A stretch of DNA of 64,000 nt from Phycisphaerae bacterium (GCA_016845245.1 JAERSY010000133.1:10-64009); one strand, 5' to 3'; counted from the stretch's first letter, positions 46,561 to 56,472 are shown. The notes: a model not told the origin generated them from the letters alone. A program made the numbers and translations.

Positions 46561-48249
46561 ATGAAGATTCTTTCAATCATTCCTTTTTTCGTTCTCGCTG
46601 CCTGTGGTGGTGGATTTCACCACATTGACGAGGAAGTAAAAGCCCTTATGCAAGAAACGAGCGGGGATATGAACGCAGACTCGCCGCCAAATCGCTCACT
46701 TGAAGTCGACCTTGCAAATGAAGACCTCTACAAAGAATGGCCTTCAACAAGCAACCCGCTTCCAAGTGATTTAACGTTCACGCCAGCAGAGCCATTGAAC
46801 GTCGAGGCGGTTGAATCCTCGCTTGACCGCGCGGCTGAACAATTGGCGAAAGAGGGAGAAACCGTCACTCTGCATGACGCGTTGACGTGGGCAAGTGCAC
46901 ATTCCAAGGAGATGCAGTTCGCTCAATACGACTACATGTATACAACACTTTCCCTGATTAATGAGTTTCATGAATGGCATCCTCATTTTTCTTATGGAGT
47001 TGATACTGGCATCACTGCAGATTCAACTGGTGGAATGTATGACACATCGCTCTCTGTCATTAATGATTTTAGTGTTGCAAAGAATTTTCAATATGGCGGA
47101 AGCATCTCAGCGAGTTTCCTTACGACTGTTGCTGAACGATTACATAATGCTGCATCAACAACAAACAGTATTGATTCTGATTTAAGTGTTGCACTTGAGT
47201 TGCCGTTACTCAGGGGTTCAGGAGCAATCGCGAAAGAATCTCTCATTCAAGCGCAACGAAACATGGTGTACGCTGCAAGAACGTACGAACGTTTCAGGCG
47301 TTCCTTTTATAGGGATCTTGTTGGTGACTATCTCTCACTTGTTGTGCAAAAACAAGCGCTCGATAATGCGCAGCGTGGCGTTGACTCGCTCAGACAAGTT
47401 GCACAACGACAAAAGGCGCTTTATGAATCTGGAAGAGCGCGGTTATACGATTCAGCAGACGCAGAAAATCAAGCGCTTGCAGCAGTCGCAAACTTGAGTC
47501 AGTCTTGGGAACGATATCGGTTAGCAATTGACCGCTTCAAAATTCGTATTGGATGGCCCATTGATAAACAGGTTCAGATTGAAACTGCCTCAATAGGCGT
47601 TGTTCCTCCGCTTGTTAATGTTCAAGACGCAGTCAGTGACGCGCTCGAATACCGCCTTGATTTACAAACGGAGTACGACCAACTTGCTGACAAATCAAGA
47701 GCCATTGAAAACGCATTAAATGCACTACTCCCAAATGTCTCACTTTCACTCAGCACCACGCTTGAAAGCGACGATGACAAGCCGCTTTCGTTTAATGAAA
47801 AAGAGTTTGATTATCTTGCAGGACTTTCAGTTGACATTCCCATCGATCAACATGAAGAAGAAGTTGCAGTCCGGCAAGCGCAAATCACATTGCTCAAAGC
47901 AAAAAGGGCTTTTCGAGAAGCGAGAGACAATGTCGTGATCAGTGTGCGTTCTGCGCTTCGGAATATCGAAGTGTTCCAATTTTCTTATGACCTCCAAGAG
48001 CGTAATGTTGGGATTGCAAAACTTGGGCTTGATTCAATCAATGCTGACCCCGACCGCGTGTCAGTGCTTGACCAAACTCGCGCAATCCAAGACTTGCAAT
48101 CCGCACAAAATGCAAGAGACAGCGCCAAACGGGATTTGGAGCTTTCCATCATCGATTACTTGTTACAGGCGGGACAACTTAGAATTACGAGCGTTGGCGG
48201 GCTCCAATTGCCGATTGACCAAAATAATCTAACTGTAGAAGAACAATGA
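46561..48249 (+). CDS. TolC-family outer membrane efflux protein (lipoprotein)
   Basis: Lipobox (VLAACGG). Long alpha-helical repeats follow, with the two-fold internal OEP-like pattern (..A...A....Y...R..L..). Confidence 0.7.
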   Translation: MKILSIIPFFVLAACGGGFHHIDEEVKALMQETSGDMNADSPPNRSLEVDLANEDLYKEWPSTSNPLPSDLTFTPAEPLNVEAVESSLDRAAEQLAKEGETVTLHDALTWASAHSKEMQFAQYDYMYTTLSLINEFHEWHPHFSYGVDTGITADSTGGMYDTSLSVINDFSVAKNFQYGGSISASFLTTVAERLHNAASTTNSIDSDLSVALELPLLRGSGAIAKESLIQAQRNMVYAARTYERFRRSFYRDLVGDYLSLVVQKQALDNAQRGVDSLRQVAQRQKALYESGRARLYDSADAENQALAAVANLSQSWERYRLAIDRFKIRIGWPIDKQVQIETASIGVVPPLVNVQDAVSDALEYRLDLQTEYDQLADKSRAIENALNALLPNVSLSLSTTLESDDDKPLSFNEKEFDYLAGLSVDIPIDQHEEEVAVRQAQITLLKAKRAFREARDNVVISVRSALRNIEVFQFSYDLQERNVGIAKLGLDSINADPDRVSVLDQTRAIQDLQSAQNARDSAKRDLELSIIDYLLQAGQLRITSVGGLQLPIDQNNLTVEEQ

Positions 48250-49760
48250 GTTTACAATTTATGACTATGAGACGCGCGATATCTTCACCTATTGTTATTA
48301 GCATACTTGCCCTTGTGTTTTTGCTGATTTCTGCACTGGCACTCAATTTGGGTGGGGGTGGAGATGCAAATACGATTCGCGAAACTGAGTTGTACAGCGT
48401 CACGCAAGGTGATTTTGAAATTCGGGTTCCAACTTCAGGCGAGCTTGAAGCCCAAGAACAAATCAGTATTCGAAACCAAGTCGAGGACGCAGTTGTTGTC
48501 AGTTTGGTCGATGAAGGGACCATCGTTGAAACTGGCGATGTATTGTTCAAGTTGAACGACGAAAAACTGCTTGAAACAATCCGAAACGCAGAAATTAATG
48601 TGACCTCTGCAAAAAATGATCTCCAAAACAGTGAGACGAATCTTTCAATTGCTGAAAAGAAGAGAGATTCTGAAATCGCAACCAAGCAACTTGCGGTTAA
48701 CTTGGCTGAACTTGCACTTCACTCTTGGAAAGAGGGTGATGTGATTGCCAAACGGCAAGAGTTAGAACTTGCTGTTCAAACGGCGCAAAAAGACTTTGAT
48801 CGCCTCGAAAAGAAGTTTGAATCTTCTCAAACGCTCTATGAGCAAAAGTTCCTCAGTAAGGATGAGCTTGACCAAGATGAAATTGCGCTCCTAAGAGCAG
48901 ATGCTGCATTGAAGAAAGCGAAGTTGTCTCAAAACGTATACGAGCAATACACATATGAGAAAGAACGACAACAGAAAGAATCTGATTTAAGCCAAGCACA
49001 GGGTGAATTAGAACGAGCAACCGAACGGCTTGAATCTGAGATTAATCAATCGATAGAGAATGTTTCTGCGAAGCGGAACCACCTCAATAAACGCGAAGAA
49101 CAACTTGCAAACAAACAAGATCAATTAGAGAAATGTATTGTGACGGCGCCAGCGCCTGGCATGGTTGTCTATGCAAGTAGTTTGGGTGACCGCCGCGAAG
49201 AAGACGAACGGTTAAGAGTTGGGCGTTCGTTGTGGCGCAATCAACTTGTCATGATTATTCCAGATACTGACAAAATGATTGCTCGCGTCAAAGTAAATGA
49301 GGCACTGAGCGGCTTAGTGAAAGAGGGACAACGGGCGACCATTGTATGCGACGCGTATCCTGACGCGAGTTTTGAGGGAGTTGTTCACTCTGTTGGCGTG
49401 CTTGCAACAGGTGGTGGATGGCGCGATCCTAACCGTAGGGATTACACGGTTGAAATCGAAATCATTGATAAGCAAGGCATAGTGCTTAAACCATCGATGC
49501 GTTGTGCAGCAGAGATTTATGTTGAAAGTGTTGAAGGTGTCACTTATGTTCCAATTCACGCAATCAGAAGAAAGGGTAAGTTGACTTGGGTGTGGGTTCA
49601 AGCAAATGGCGGTTTTGAACAGCGACCGATTGTGATTAATCGTTTTAGTGAAACATTCGCAGAAATCACAGATGGGCTCAGCGTGGGTGATCGTGTGTTG
49701 TTAAGAGATCCCAGCCCTGCTTCAATCGTTTCTACAGAGACCAAAGAAGGTGATTCGTGA
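48246..49760 (+). CDS. HlyD/MFP-family periplasmic adaptor subunit
   Basis: N-terminal TM helix, a lipoyl-like hairpin (GELEAQEQISIRNQVE..VVSLVDEGTIVETGDVLFKLND), a very long coiled coil, VTAPAPGMVVY and C-terminal beta-barrel segments. Confidence 0.8.
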   Translation: MSLQFMTMRRAISSPIVISILALVFLLISALALNLGGGGDANTIRETELYSVTQGDFEIRVPTSGELEAQEQISIRNQVEDAVVVSLVDEGTIVETGDVLFKLNDEKLLETIRNAEINVTSAKNDLQNSETNLSIAEKKRDSEIATKQLAVNLAELALHSWKEGDVIAKRQELELAVQTAQKDFDRLEKKFESSQTLYEQKFLSKDELDQDEIALLRADAALKKAKLSQNVYEQYTYEKERQQKESDLSQAQGELERATERLESEINQSIENVSAKRNHLNKREEQLANKQDQLEKCIVTAPAPGMVVYASSLGDRREEDERLRVGRSLWRNQLVMIIPDTDKMIARVKVNEALSGLVKEGQRATIVCDAYPDASFEGVVHSVGVLATGGGWRDPNRRDYTVEIEIIDKQGIVLKPSMRCAAEIYVESVEGVTYVPIHAIRRKGKLTWVWVQANGGFEQRPIVINRFSETFAEITDGLSVGDRVLLRDPSPASIVSTETKEGDS

Positions 49761-50353
49761 CGAAGCGCATTGTTGTTGGTGTGACTGGCGCATCTGGTGC
49801 CCCGTACACCATTCGGCTTATTCAGTTGCTCTTAGAAAAAGGGGCTGAAGTCCACCTCTGTGTTTCAGATTTAGGAAAACGATTGCTCTTTGAAGAATCT
49901 GGAGTAAAAAAACTGAATGCAGAAGAACTCGGTGTGGGTATGTATGAATCGAGTTTGGTCTTTCACAACGACCGAGATTTAGGTGCACCAATTGCCTCTG
50001 GAACGTTTCTCCATGATGGCATGATTGTTCTTCCTTGTTCAAGTAACACGCTGGGCTCAATCGCTTCAGGAATCACGAGCACGCTCGTTCAGAGAGCTGC
50101 ACTAGTCTGTTTAAAAGAGCGGCGAACATTGGTGCTAGGCCATCGAGAATCTCCGCTTTCACTGATTGATATTGAAAACATCAAACGAACAACCGAAGCG
50201 GGTGCAATCGTGGCTCCATTGTCTCCTGGCTTTTATATGAACCCAAAATCAATTGACGATGTTGTTGATTTCATGGTCGGGAAACTTGTTGACCTTCTTG
50301 ATATGGACCATGAATTGCCTGTTCGTTGGGGTCAGCCCGAACTTACAAATTAA
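49757..50353 (+). CDS. ubiX: Flavin prenyltransferase UbiX
   Basis: IVVGVTGASGAPY, LPCSSNTLGSIASGI, LVLGHRESPLS. GTGA overlap with the adaptor gene. Confidence 0.9.
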   Translation: MTKRIVVGVTGASGAPYTIRLIQLLLEKGAEVHLCVSDLGKRLLFEESGVKKLNAEELGVGMYESSLVFHNDRDLGAPIASGTFLHDGMIVLPCSSNTLGSIASGITSTLVQRAALVCLKERRTLVLGHRESPLSLIDIENIKRTTEAGAIVAPLSPGFYMNPKSIDDVVDFMVGKLVDLLDMDHELPVRWGQPELTN

Positions 50354-50380
50354 TCTTCGTTGATGTGATACACTCTTCGC

Positions 50381-50863
50381 ATGAGATTTTTAATCATCCT
50401 AATCGTTTGTGCATCATGTACGCCTATTGCAACGTATCCGCCGATTGAAAACAAAACGGTTGAAAATTACAGCAAGAATGTCAATGAGCCAGTCATCACA
50501 ATTCTCGCAACAGCTTTTGATTATGCGTTTGAACATTTTGGTGGAATGGACACGATAGTCTTCAACTTGCCAAAGGGGATGAGCGCAACAACGTACGCTC
50601 GTGTTTCTGAAAGGTTAAGCGGCGCGCTCCCAATGACTGAAACAGGTCAACCCGCGTATCACGTTGTTGAGTTGCGAGTACGAGGCTTCCACGCAGACGT
50701 TGACATGTTCTTCCCATCTGCATCTGGAACGTACGAAATGGCAACGATTCATTTAGAGGCGTCACTCATCGATAAGTGGCACGTCACTAGAGACCGTGTG
50801 TGGCTAGTCCCTGTTGCTGAAATTCCAGCACCAAACGACCCAGCACTTCTTGTGAATGATTAA
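50381..50863 (+). CDS. Hypothetical lipoprotein
   Basis: Lipobox (IVCASCTP). I recognise no family. Confidence 0.45.
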   Translation: MRFLIILIVCASCTPIATYPPIENKTVENYSKNVNEPVITILATAFDYAFEHFGGMDTIVFNLPKGMSATTYARVSERLSGALPMTETGQPAYHVVELRVRGFHADVDMFFPSASGTYEMATIHLEASLIDKWHVTRDRVWLVPVAEIPAPNDPALLVND

Positions 50864-51311
50864 TGTTCCTCAGCACATTAATGCTGGACTTGACGAAGCA
50901 ATTTCGCAAGCTGAAAAATCTTGGTCAGAGGGCGGTATTCCGATTGGCGCAGTGCTCTTAAGTGAACAAGGTAGTATTGTTTCAGCGGGGCATAACATGC
51001 GAGTTCAATCTGGCGACTCAACTGCACATGCAGAAGTTGTCTGTTTTCGAAATGCGGGTCGGCGCCGAGATTGGAACACGCTGACTTTGATTTCGACGTT
51101 AAGCCCTTGCATTATGTGTACAGGCACAACCCTTTTACATGGTGTTAAACGCGTTTTTGTCGGAGAAAACAAAAGTTTTCTTGGCGCAGAGGACTTAATG
51201 TGCTCGAATGGTGTTGAAGTACATGTGCTTCAAGATCAACGGTGCATCGAGTTAATGGAACGGATGATGCGAGAGAAGCCCGACTTGTGGGCAGAGGACA
51301 TCGGAAAATGA
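50856..51311 (+). CDS. Fcy1-type cytosine deaminase (CMP/dCMP deaminase zinc-binding fold)
   Basis: GGIPIGAVL, GHNMRVQSGDSTAHAE (HAE zinc motif), TLISTLSPCIMCTG (PCxxC), VFVGEN and C-terminal DLWAEDIGK. This closely tracks my recollection of yeast Fcy1. Confidence 0.8.
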   Translation: MINVPQHINAGLDEAISQAEKSWSEGGIPIGAVLLSEQGSIVSAGHNMRVQSGDSTAHAEVVCFRNAGRRRDWNTLTLISTLSPCIMCTGTTLLHGVKRVFVGENKSFLGAEDLMCSNGVEVHVLQDQRCIELMERMMREKPDLWAEDIGK

Positions 51312-51433
51312 AAAGGCCTGTAAAAGTTAAACAGCCAAACAGACCCAAGCAGGTTGCGCAGCCCAAAGCAGCAGTCCGCCGGCCACTTATGAAGAAGAGC
51401 GGAACATCACGACCGCTTTCTACACACGCGTAG
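51308..51433 (+). CDS. Candidate 41-aa highly basic small protein
   Basis: The ATG overlaps the deaminase TGA (ATGA), and GAGGA lies 9 nt upstream. Translation: MKRPVKVKQPNRPKQVAQPKAAVRRPLMKKSGTSRPLSTHA. There is no homology evidence. Confidence 0.3.
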   Translation: MKRPVKVKQPNRPKQVAQPKAAVRRPLMKKSGTSRPLSTHA

Positions 51434-51444
51434 CGCGTTCATAG

Positions 51445-52629
51445 TTACATTTCAATCAACATTGAAACGGCGTTACCGCCGCCAAGACACAAACTTGCAA
51501 TGCCGCGTTTTGCGCCGGTTCGCTTCATGTGATAAATCAATGAAATCAAAACTCTCGTTCCTGATGCACCAATTGGGTGACCAAGGGCAATGCCGCCGCC
51601 GCCAACATTAACCTTGTCCATTGAAATGCCCAGGTGAGCAATGTTTTGCAATACTTGAACTGCAAACGCCTCATTGATTTCAAACAAGTCAATGTCATCC
51701 GTCGTGAGGTTGTTGTCGTTTAACAGTTTTTCGATGCCTTTCCCTGGAGCAGTGAAAATCTCTTTGGGCTCAACGCCGACAGTGTTGGAGTCAACAATCT
51801 TTGCAAGTGGCTCAACACCGAGTGATGCTGCTTTATCTGCACTTGCAACGATGACAGCTGCGCCACCATCAGAAATTTGAGAGGCGTTACCTGCAGTCAC
51901 AGAACCATCTTTTGTAAATGCTGGTCGAAGGGAACCGAGTCCTTCAGCAGTCGAATCACCACGAACGCCTTCGTCTGTGGTGACATCTGCTCGCTGCTTG
52001 ATTGTTGCTGCTTCCAACGAAACAATCTCATCGTTAAACCAGCCCTCGCTGATTGCGTGTGCGGCGCGTTGGTGAGATTGTGCAGCAAGTTCATCTTGGG
52101 ATTCCCTTGAGATATCAAACTCTGTTACGGTCCACTCAGCTGCGTTCCCCATGCCCCAGCCCTCAAACGCACACGTTAAGCCGTCGTGCATCATGTGGTC
52201 AACGAGTTCACCATTTCCGAACTTGATGCCGCTTCGAACATTGGCTAAATGTGGAGCGCTTGACATGTTTTCCATGCCGCCTGCGACCACGACTTCTGAA
52301 TCACCTGCGCGAATTGATTGTGCCGCTTGCATGACTGATTGAAGTCCGCTGCCACACACTTTGTTCACCGTGACTGCGGAGAGTGTTGCTGGAAGTCCCG
52401 CTTTAAGGCCTGCTTGGCGTGCAGGATTTTGCCCAACGCCCGCCTGAAGCACGCACCCCATAATACATTCATCAACAGTGTCACCATCGAGTTCAATGGC
52501 GTCCAGCGCTGCTTGAATGGCAAATGCGCCAATTGATGGTGCTGGAACCCTTGAAAGGCCCCCCAAAAAACGACCGACTGGCGTCCGCTTAGCTGAAATG
52601 ATGACTGGGTGATTGTGTTGTTCTGTCAT
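51445..52629 (-). CDS. Acetyl-CoA C-acetyltransferase (thiolase II)
   Basis: ISAKRTPVGRF, VNKVCGSGLQSV (active Cys), NEAFA, GGAIALGHPIGASG, CLGGG. I use the ATG at 52629 (MTEQHN). Confidence 0.9.
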   Translation of the reverse strand: MTEQHNHPVIISAKRTPVGRFLGGLSRVPAPSIGAFAIQAALDAIELDGDTVDECIMGCVLQAGVGQNPARQAGLKAGLPATLSAVTVNKVCGSGLQSVMQAAQSIRAGDSEVVVAGGMENMSSAPHLANVRSGIKFGNGELVDHMMHDGLTCAFEGWGMGNAAEWTVTEFDISRESQDELAAQSHQRAAHAISEGWFNDEIVSLEAATIKQRADVTTDEGVRGDSTAEGLGSLRPAFTKDGSVTAGNASQISDGGAAVIVASADKAASLGVEPLAKIVDSNTVGVEPKEIFTAPGKGIEKLLNDNNLTTDDIDLFEINEAFAVQVLQNIAHLGISMDKVNVGGGGIALGHPIGASGTRVLISLIYHMKRTGAKRGIASLCLGGGNAVSMLIEM

Positions 52630-52718
52630 TTTGAATCTCTCGCTCGATTGAATGAGTGGGTAGAATATTGAATCTGAACCGCACATCCTACCTCAAGTGA
52701 GGTGGTCGCGAAACACAT

Positions 52719-53705
52719 ATGGAACAACGCTGGACAAAAGATAACCTCACGAGTCTTCAAAGCAATATTCTTGCTGAAGAACAAAAACACCCTGGTGCAA
52801 CTGGTGAGTTTAGTTGGATTCTCTCGGCAATTTCCCTTGCAACGAAAGCGATTGGAAACAAGGTTCGTTGCGCGAGGATTGAAGATGTCATTGGTGATAT
52901 TGAAGAAACAAATGTTCAGGGTGAAACCCAACAAAAACTCGATGTCATCGCAAATGAGCTCATTCTTCGTTGTTTAGGCGATCGTGAAAATATTGGCATT
53001 CTTGCAAGTGAAGAAAACGAGACCCCTATGTTTCTTAGAAAACGGGCAGACGGCGGACGCTACGCTGTCTTGTTCGACCCATTAGACGGCTCATCTAACA
53101 TTGATGTGTCTGTTGGCGTTGGGACAATTTTCTCGGTGTTGCGGTTGCCTGACGGCGGTTCAAGAGAAGAAGCAATTCTACAACCGGGCAACCAACAAGT
53201 TGCTGCCGGATATGTGCTGTACGGTTCTTCAACGGTTCTTGTGTTGACCACGGGCAACGGCGTTGACATGTTTGTGCTCGACCAATCAATTGGCTCGTTT
53301 GTACTTGTTGAGAAGGGGCTTAAAATCCCAACCGGAAATAACGCCTACTCAATCAACGAGGCGTACACCAATCAGTTTAGTGATGACATCAAGTCATATC
53401 TTAATTGGGCACACGAAAATGATTATTCATCTCGGTATATTGGTTCAATGGTTGCAGATGTACACCGCGTTTTGTTGAAGGGTGGAGTCTTTATCTACCC
53501 GCCAACAAAAGATAAGCCAGAAGGAAAACTTCGTCTGATGTACGAGGCGAATCCCATGGCAATGATTGTTGAGCAGGCCGGAGGCAAAAGCACTGCTTAT
53601 AACACCCCAGTATTAGAAATTCATCCAAAAGGACTTCATCAAAGAACCAGCGTCATACTAGGGTCAGTAGATCAGGTTGACGCGGTTGTTGACTTTTTAT
53701 CATGA
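52719..53705 (+). CDS. fbp: Fructose-1,6-bisphosphatase class 1
   Basis: ATGEFSWIL, NVQGETQQKLDV, LASEE, FDPLDGSSNID, GSMVADVHR, GGVFIYP, KLRLMYEANPMA. Confidence 0.9.
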   Translation: MEQRWTKDNLTSLQSNILAEEQKHPGATGEFSWILSAISLATKAIGNKVRCARIEDVIGDIEETNVQGETQQKLDVIANELILRCLGDRENIGILASEENETPMFLRKRADGGRYAVLFDPLDGSSNIDVSVGVGTIFSVLRLPDGGSREEAILQPGNQQVAAGYVLYGSSTVLVLTTGNGVDMFVLDQSIGSFVLVEKGLKIPTGNNAYSINEAYTNQFSDDIKSYLNWAHENDYSSRYIGSMVADVHRVLLKGGVFIYPPTKDKPEGKLRLMYEANPMAMIVEQAGGKSTAYNTPVLEIHPKGLHQRTSVILGSVDQVDAVVDFLS

Positions 53706-55270
53706 CTGTTGAAACCCAGACCACAACAACTGTTTCACTCTTAAAAAATTCCAACCAAGCACTTGGCATTGCTGAGTTCGCTGTTCAGTTTATGAACAAA
53801 GAGTTTGGAGAACCCTCTCAAGCTGTTCTTGATCGAACGACGTTGTTTTTTACAGACGCAGTGTTGTGTGGCATGTCTGCAGTTGCCGTAAAGACAAATG
53901 CGCCAACCATTCTTCGGAACGAAGCGCTTGATTACGCACACGAGGGCGGCGCAACAGTCTTTGGTTCAAAAGCACGAGTAAGACCAGAAAAAGCGGCGTT
54001 AGCAAACGCATCTGCTGTTCGTGAATGGGATTCAAACGGAACAAACTTTGGGTACAACCCAGAACTTGGACACACCGCGGGTGAGTTTGGACACAACGAC
54101 TTTTATTCGGTGCCAATTGCTGCCGCTCAAGTCATGGGGATCGATGGAGAAACTGCGCTTCGCGGAATGGTGTTGCTTGATGAAATCAGAGGTCGACTTG
54201 CAGAAGTCTTTAGTTTAAAGAGTTACAAGATTGACCACGTTGTTCATGGTGCGATTGCATCTGCTGCAACATATGGCGCGATGTGTGGAGCGACGCCAGA
54301 GCAAATTGAGTCTGCGATTGGGATGGTTGTCGCTCACTACATTCCTTGGCGTGCAATCCGTGCGGGCAAACAGTTGTCGGATTCAAAGGGTGCATCTGCC
54401 GCTATCAGTACAGAGGTTGCTGTTGTCTCGATGCAACGATCAATGAAGGGGTTCATGGGTCCGCGAGATATCTTCCGTAACCCTGAAGCTGTCTTTAGAC
54501 AGTTTGAGCCAACCGATGGCGACTCGCCATTCGACCTCATATTGTCACACAGTGGCGATGATTTTGCGGTCATGGGCATGCACTTCAAGATTGGTTTGTA
54601 TGAACATCAGTCTGCGGGCGCGTTGCAAGGATTGCTTAATCTCATTCAAGAGAATCCATCAATTGCAACAGACCCATCGTCCATTCAAGAGATTTCAATT
54701 ACCGCATACGAGCCAGCATTCGGCATTATTGGCGACCCTGCCAAACGGAATCCTTCAACGCGGCAGTCCGCAGACCACTCAATGGTTTACATTGTTTCAA
54801 CAATGCTCAAAAAGGCACGCGACGTTGCTGCAAGTGAGGGAGAATCATTCCTTTCACAATCCAATGATGAAGTATGGAAGCGCCTCATGCTCACGCCATA
54901 CGACTATGACGCTGATGCAATCTACGACGAAACCACGCGGGCAATCATGGAAACCATCACGTTTAAACATGGCGGTGAGTCATTTGATAGTAAGTACCCT
55001 GATGGAATTCCGACTGCATTAACAATCACGCTTTCGAGTGGTGAAGTCCTTGAGAGTGGTCTTGTCATGTACCCAAGTGGTCACGCAAGAAATACCACAT
55101 GTGACTTGGAAGATATTTTGCACGCAAAGTTTAAGATGCATGGACAAATTGCTTTTGATGACCCCGCGCCAGTGATTGCTGAATGCAACTCAATTGCAAC
55201 GCTTGATGCTGACGCGTTAAAGGTGCTGTTAACAGAGCCGCTTGCAGGCCGCCCACTCTATAAAGATTAA
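53702..55270 (+). CDS. MmgE/PrpD family protein (2-methylcitrate dehydratase-like)
   Basis: 522 aa with the family pattern (FTDAVLCGMSA, REWDSNGT, KIDHVVHGAIASAATYGAM, KGASAAIS). ATGA overlap with fbp. The specific substrate is unknown. Confidence 0.75.
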   Translation: MTVETQTTTTVSLLKNSNQALGIAEFAVQFMNKEFGEPSQAVLDRTTLFFTDAVLCGMSAVAVKTNAPTILRNEALDYAHEGGATVFGSKARVRPEKAALANASAVREWDSNGTNFGYNPELGHTAGEFGHNDFYSVPIAAAQVMGIDGETALRGMVLLDEIRGRLAEVFSLKSYKIDHVVHGAIASAATYGAMCGATPEQIESAIGMVVAHYIPWRAIRAGKQLSDSKGASAAISTEVAVVSMQRSMKGFMGPRDIFRNPEAVFRQFEPTDGDSPFDLILSHSGDDFAVMGMHFKIGLYEHQSAGALQGLLNLIQENPSIATDPSSIQEISITAYEPAFGIIGDPAKRNPSTRQSADHSMVYIVSTMLKKARDVAASEGESFLSQSNDEVWKRLMLTPYDYDADAIYDETTRAIMETITFKHGGESFDSKYPDGIPTALTITLSSGEVLESGLVMYPSGHARNTTCDLEDILHAKFKMHGQIAFDDPAPVIAECNSIATLDADALKVLLTEPLAGRPLYKD

Positions 55271-55289
55271 GTAAATATTAAGTAACCGT

Positions 55290-56414
55290 TTATTCAGATA
55301 AGAGGTGTTGGAGTAACTCGACAACACCTTTGCCTTGGGTTGCAATCGTTTCGAAGATTGGTCTTCCTGATGCGATGTCAAGCAGTTCTCGGATTAATGC
55401 GCTTTCGCCATCATAATCGGCCTTGTTGACGATGAACGTATCTGCAATCTCAAGAATGCCCGCCTTATCCATTTGCACCGAGTCGCCCATTCCTGGAACA
55501 AGCACGAGCGCCGTCGAATCAACGACTTCACGAATGGCGACATCGTTTTGACCCGCACCAACAGTTTCGACAAAAACTGTGTCAAAGCCAGCGCCACCAA
55601 CGAGTTCTAGAATTTGTGGAAGCGTCTCGTAGTCTTCACCGACCCGAGCAAGTGAACGGTAGAACACATTCTCATCAACGGTGTTGAAGTCGACTCGTAG
55701 CCGGTCGCCAAGCAGTGCGCCGCCACTAATTGGACTCATGGGATCGTACGCAATGATTGCGATGCGCTCGCCTTGGCGAACTGCCTCCGACGCCATTGCG
55801 GCTGACAGTGTAGATTTGCCCGCTCCGGGTGAACCCGTCAATCCAATGACTCGCTTTGGTCGCTGCGTAGCTGCATCAACTGTTTGCCCCGCCTCAATCA
55901 AACTAATGTTTCTTGCAAGTGTTGCCGAAACAGAAGTGTTTTCAGGTGGCAGGGGCGTGTACGCTTGTGTAGCGCTTCGAACGGCCTCAACAATGTCGAG
56001 CATGCTTGTGCCTGTGTGATACACACCACGCACGCCACATTTTGTCAATTCATCAATATCTTCCTGAGGAATAATGCCACCAACATCAACCGTAAGATTT
56101 GGTCTTCCAACTGCATTGAGCTCTTCCATCAATCGCGGAACAAGGACTAGATGCGAGTTGCTCATCATGGAGCATGCGATTACGTCAGCGTCTTCATCGC
56201 GAGCAGAAATTGCCAAGCTCCGAGGCGTCTGCCACAAGCCAGAATAAATCACGTGGATACCACTATCACGAAGCGCCCGAGCAATGAGCTTAACGCCTCT
56301 GTCGTGCCCATCGAGGCCCATTTTTCCGAGCAAAACACGGGGACGGTGAGACAAATCACTACATCTGTCTACCTTTTCGAGTTGCGTCGTGGGTTCTGTG
56401 GTTGGAGAAGTCAT
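55290..56414 (-). CDS. Fusion of a B12-binding domain (methylmalonyl-CoA mutase small-domain type) with a MeaB/ArgK-like G3E GTPase
   Basis: The N-terminal part has LLGKMGLDGHDRGVKLIARALRDSG (DxHxxG cobalamin motif). It is followed by GLTGSPGAGKSTL (Walker A), DPMSPISGGALLGDR, VETVGAGQ and NKAD. Confidence 0.75.
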   Translation of the reverse strand: MTSPTTEPTTQLEKVDRCSDLSHRPRVLLGKMGLDGHDRGVKLIARALRDSGIHVIYSGLWQTPRSLAISARDEDADVIACSMMSNSHLVLVPRLMEELNAVGRPNLTVDVGGIIPQEDIDELTKCGVRGVYHTGTSMLDIVEAVRSATQAYTPLPPENTSVSATLARNISLIEAGQTVDAATQRPKRVIGLTGSPGAGKSTLSAAMASEAVRQGERIAIIAYDPMSPISGGALLGDRLRVDFNTVDENVFYRSLARVGEDYETLPQILELVGGAGFDTVFVETVGAGQNDVAIREVVDSTALVLVPGMGDSVQMDKAGILEIADTFIVNKADYDGESALIRELLDIASGRPIFETIATQGKGVVELLQHLLSE

Positions 56415-56472
56415 AAACGGTACATGATATCAAAGTCTACGGTCGCTAATTGTTTGTATTGTACGCGTCTAT

